64,000 nt of DNA from NCBI GenBank assembly GCA_030390025.1, contig CM059425.1, forward strand, positions 169,634,001-169,698,000, written 5' to 3'. Made by a program: the position numbers and the translations under genes. Below the pieces are notes generated by a model. It was not told the DNA's origin. It did not search any database and saw only the letters and a program-made list of their open reading frames with translations. Each line of letters begins with the position of its first letter. The first letter of the stretch is position 1. Source of the DNA: Squalus acanthias (Eukaryota). This document shows, piece by piece, positions 63,001 to 64,000 of the stretch.

Positions 63001-64000
63001 ACACCTGGGACACTAGTGCTCATGGGGCACTGCAGACATGAAAAATTGGCCCCGGAGTCTGTGCTCACTTGGCCACTTGGGTGAGGTACTGGAGGGTGTC
63101 CAGTGTCTGTGGAACGGTATCCAGAACAAAGGAATCAATGCCTTAATGAAGGAAGGAGAGAAAACTGGTCGAAAGTAACATTTAAAAATGTGGGAAAAAA
63201 ATTATGCTGGTGTTTTTTGTCAAACTTCAGCTTTTGTGAAGTGCAGCATGTTAGAAAGGAGGACAGGTCCCCAGTGCTACTCTAAATACAGGCTTGACTT
63301 TTGCCTCCAGTGTCTGTGTCAACACCTACTGACATTCTGCCCAGTTAACTTCAAGAGTGAGGAAGGAAAGGAGACTAAAGCTGTACCCTTGGGTCCTTCC
63401 TTAGTGCCTTGATTCGTGGTTTGGCCTCCAGGTACAGCCTCAACCATCCAAAGAGCTGTATTTAATCTCATAATCAAAACTGTTAGGAAGGCAGCATGTG
63501 TGCCTGCATTAAAGGGAGCTCCCTGGGCTGCGCCTGGGAAGAGGACAACTTCTTCTTTCCATTTGTCTTCTTAATACCGAGGGAGGTTTTGACCATGGCG
63601 GAGAGTTATGATTTCCCACTCCTCACTTTTTTAACGATTTTCAGATTTTCGCAACAGCATTATAATTTATTCTGGTCAATTCTGGCTGACTATCAGCCTT
63701 AGGGTAGACCATGAAAAACAGAACAGTGAATAATAGTATCTGTGGGTGTTTCATTTCTAGGTGTGATAATCAATCACTGTTATATGAAGAGATGAAAAAA
63801 AAGGCACAACTGATAAAAATCCTAAAAAAAACCACACACAACTATTAAGCAGCACTGTTAGTAACAAGATGAAAACAGGCAATGAATTTACAAATAAGGA
63901 TTTGCTTTTTAAAGTCCATAAAATTAAATCCAAAATTGTTTACTGTTTGCCAATCCTAATTTGCTATGAGATGGAGGGCAGCCTTTTTCTTGAGAATCCC

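Noticed and set aside
62030..63055. Further Harbinger-like relics
   Set aside because: Terminal-like words (aaattggcccc) are present but no paired TIR or TSD could be assigned.

Overview
Eukaryotic, repeat-dense genomic DNA, most likely from a cartilaginous fish (shark-type CR1 LINEs with (AGAACATA)n-type tails, Deu-domain tRNA SINEs and Penelope-like tails; the taxon is an inference). No host gene can be named with confidence, so the window looks intronic or intergenic. It is dominated by PIF/Harbinger DNA transposons: one nearly complete two-gene element (spliced Myb/SANT gene on +, convergent DDE transposase on -, about 5970-9820), a second disrupted one whose transposase N-terminus carries a very large Q/H plus (RGEQQ)23 expansion (48893-54771), and more than ten non-autonomous derivatives or MITEs. 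Many of these have readable 3-bp TSDs that share a palindromic target consensus (approximately ACAC-NWN-GTGT). Also present are about a dozen CR1 fragments, a second CR1/L2-group LINE family, DeuSINE-like SINEs, and a decayed Penelope-like GIY-YIG element split by two Harbinger insertions. Four short motifs fit minimal type I hammerhead ribozymes, two of them showing a compensatory base change. All family calls rest on motif recognition by eye; no database search was run.
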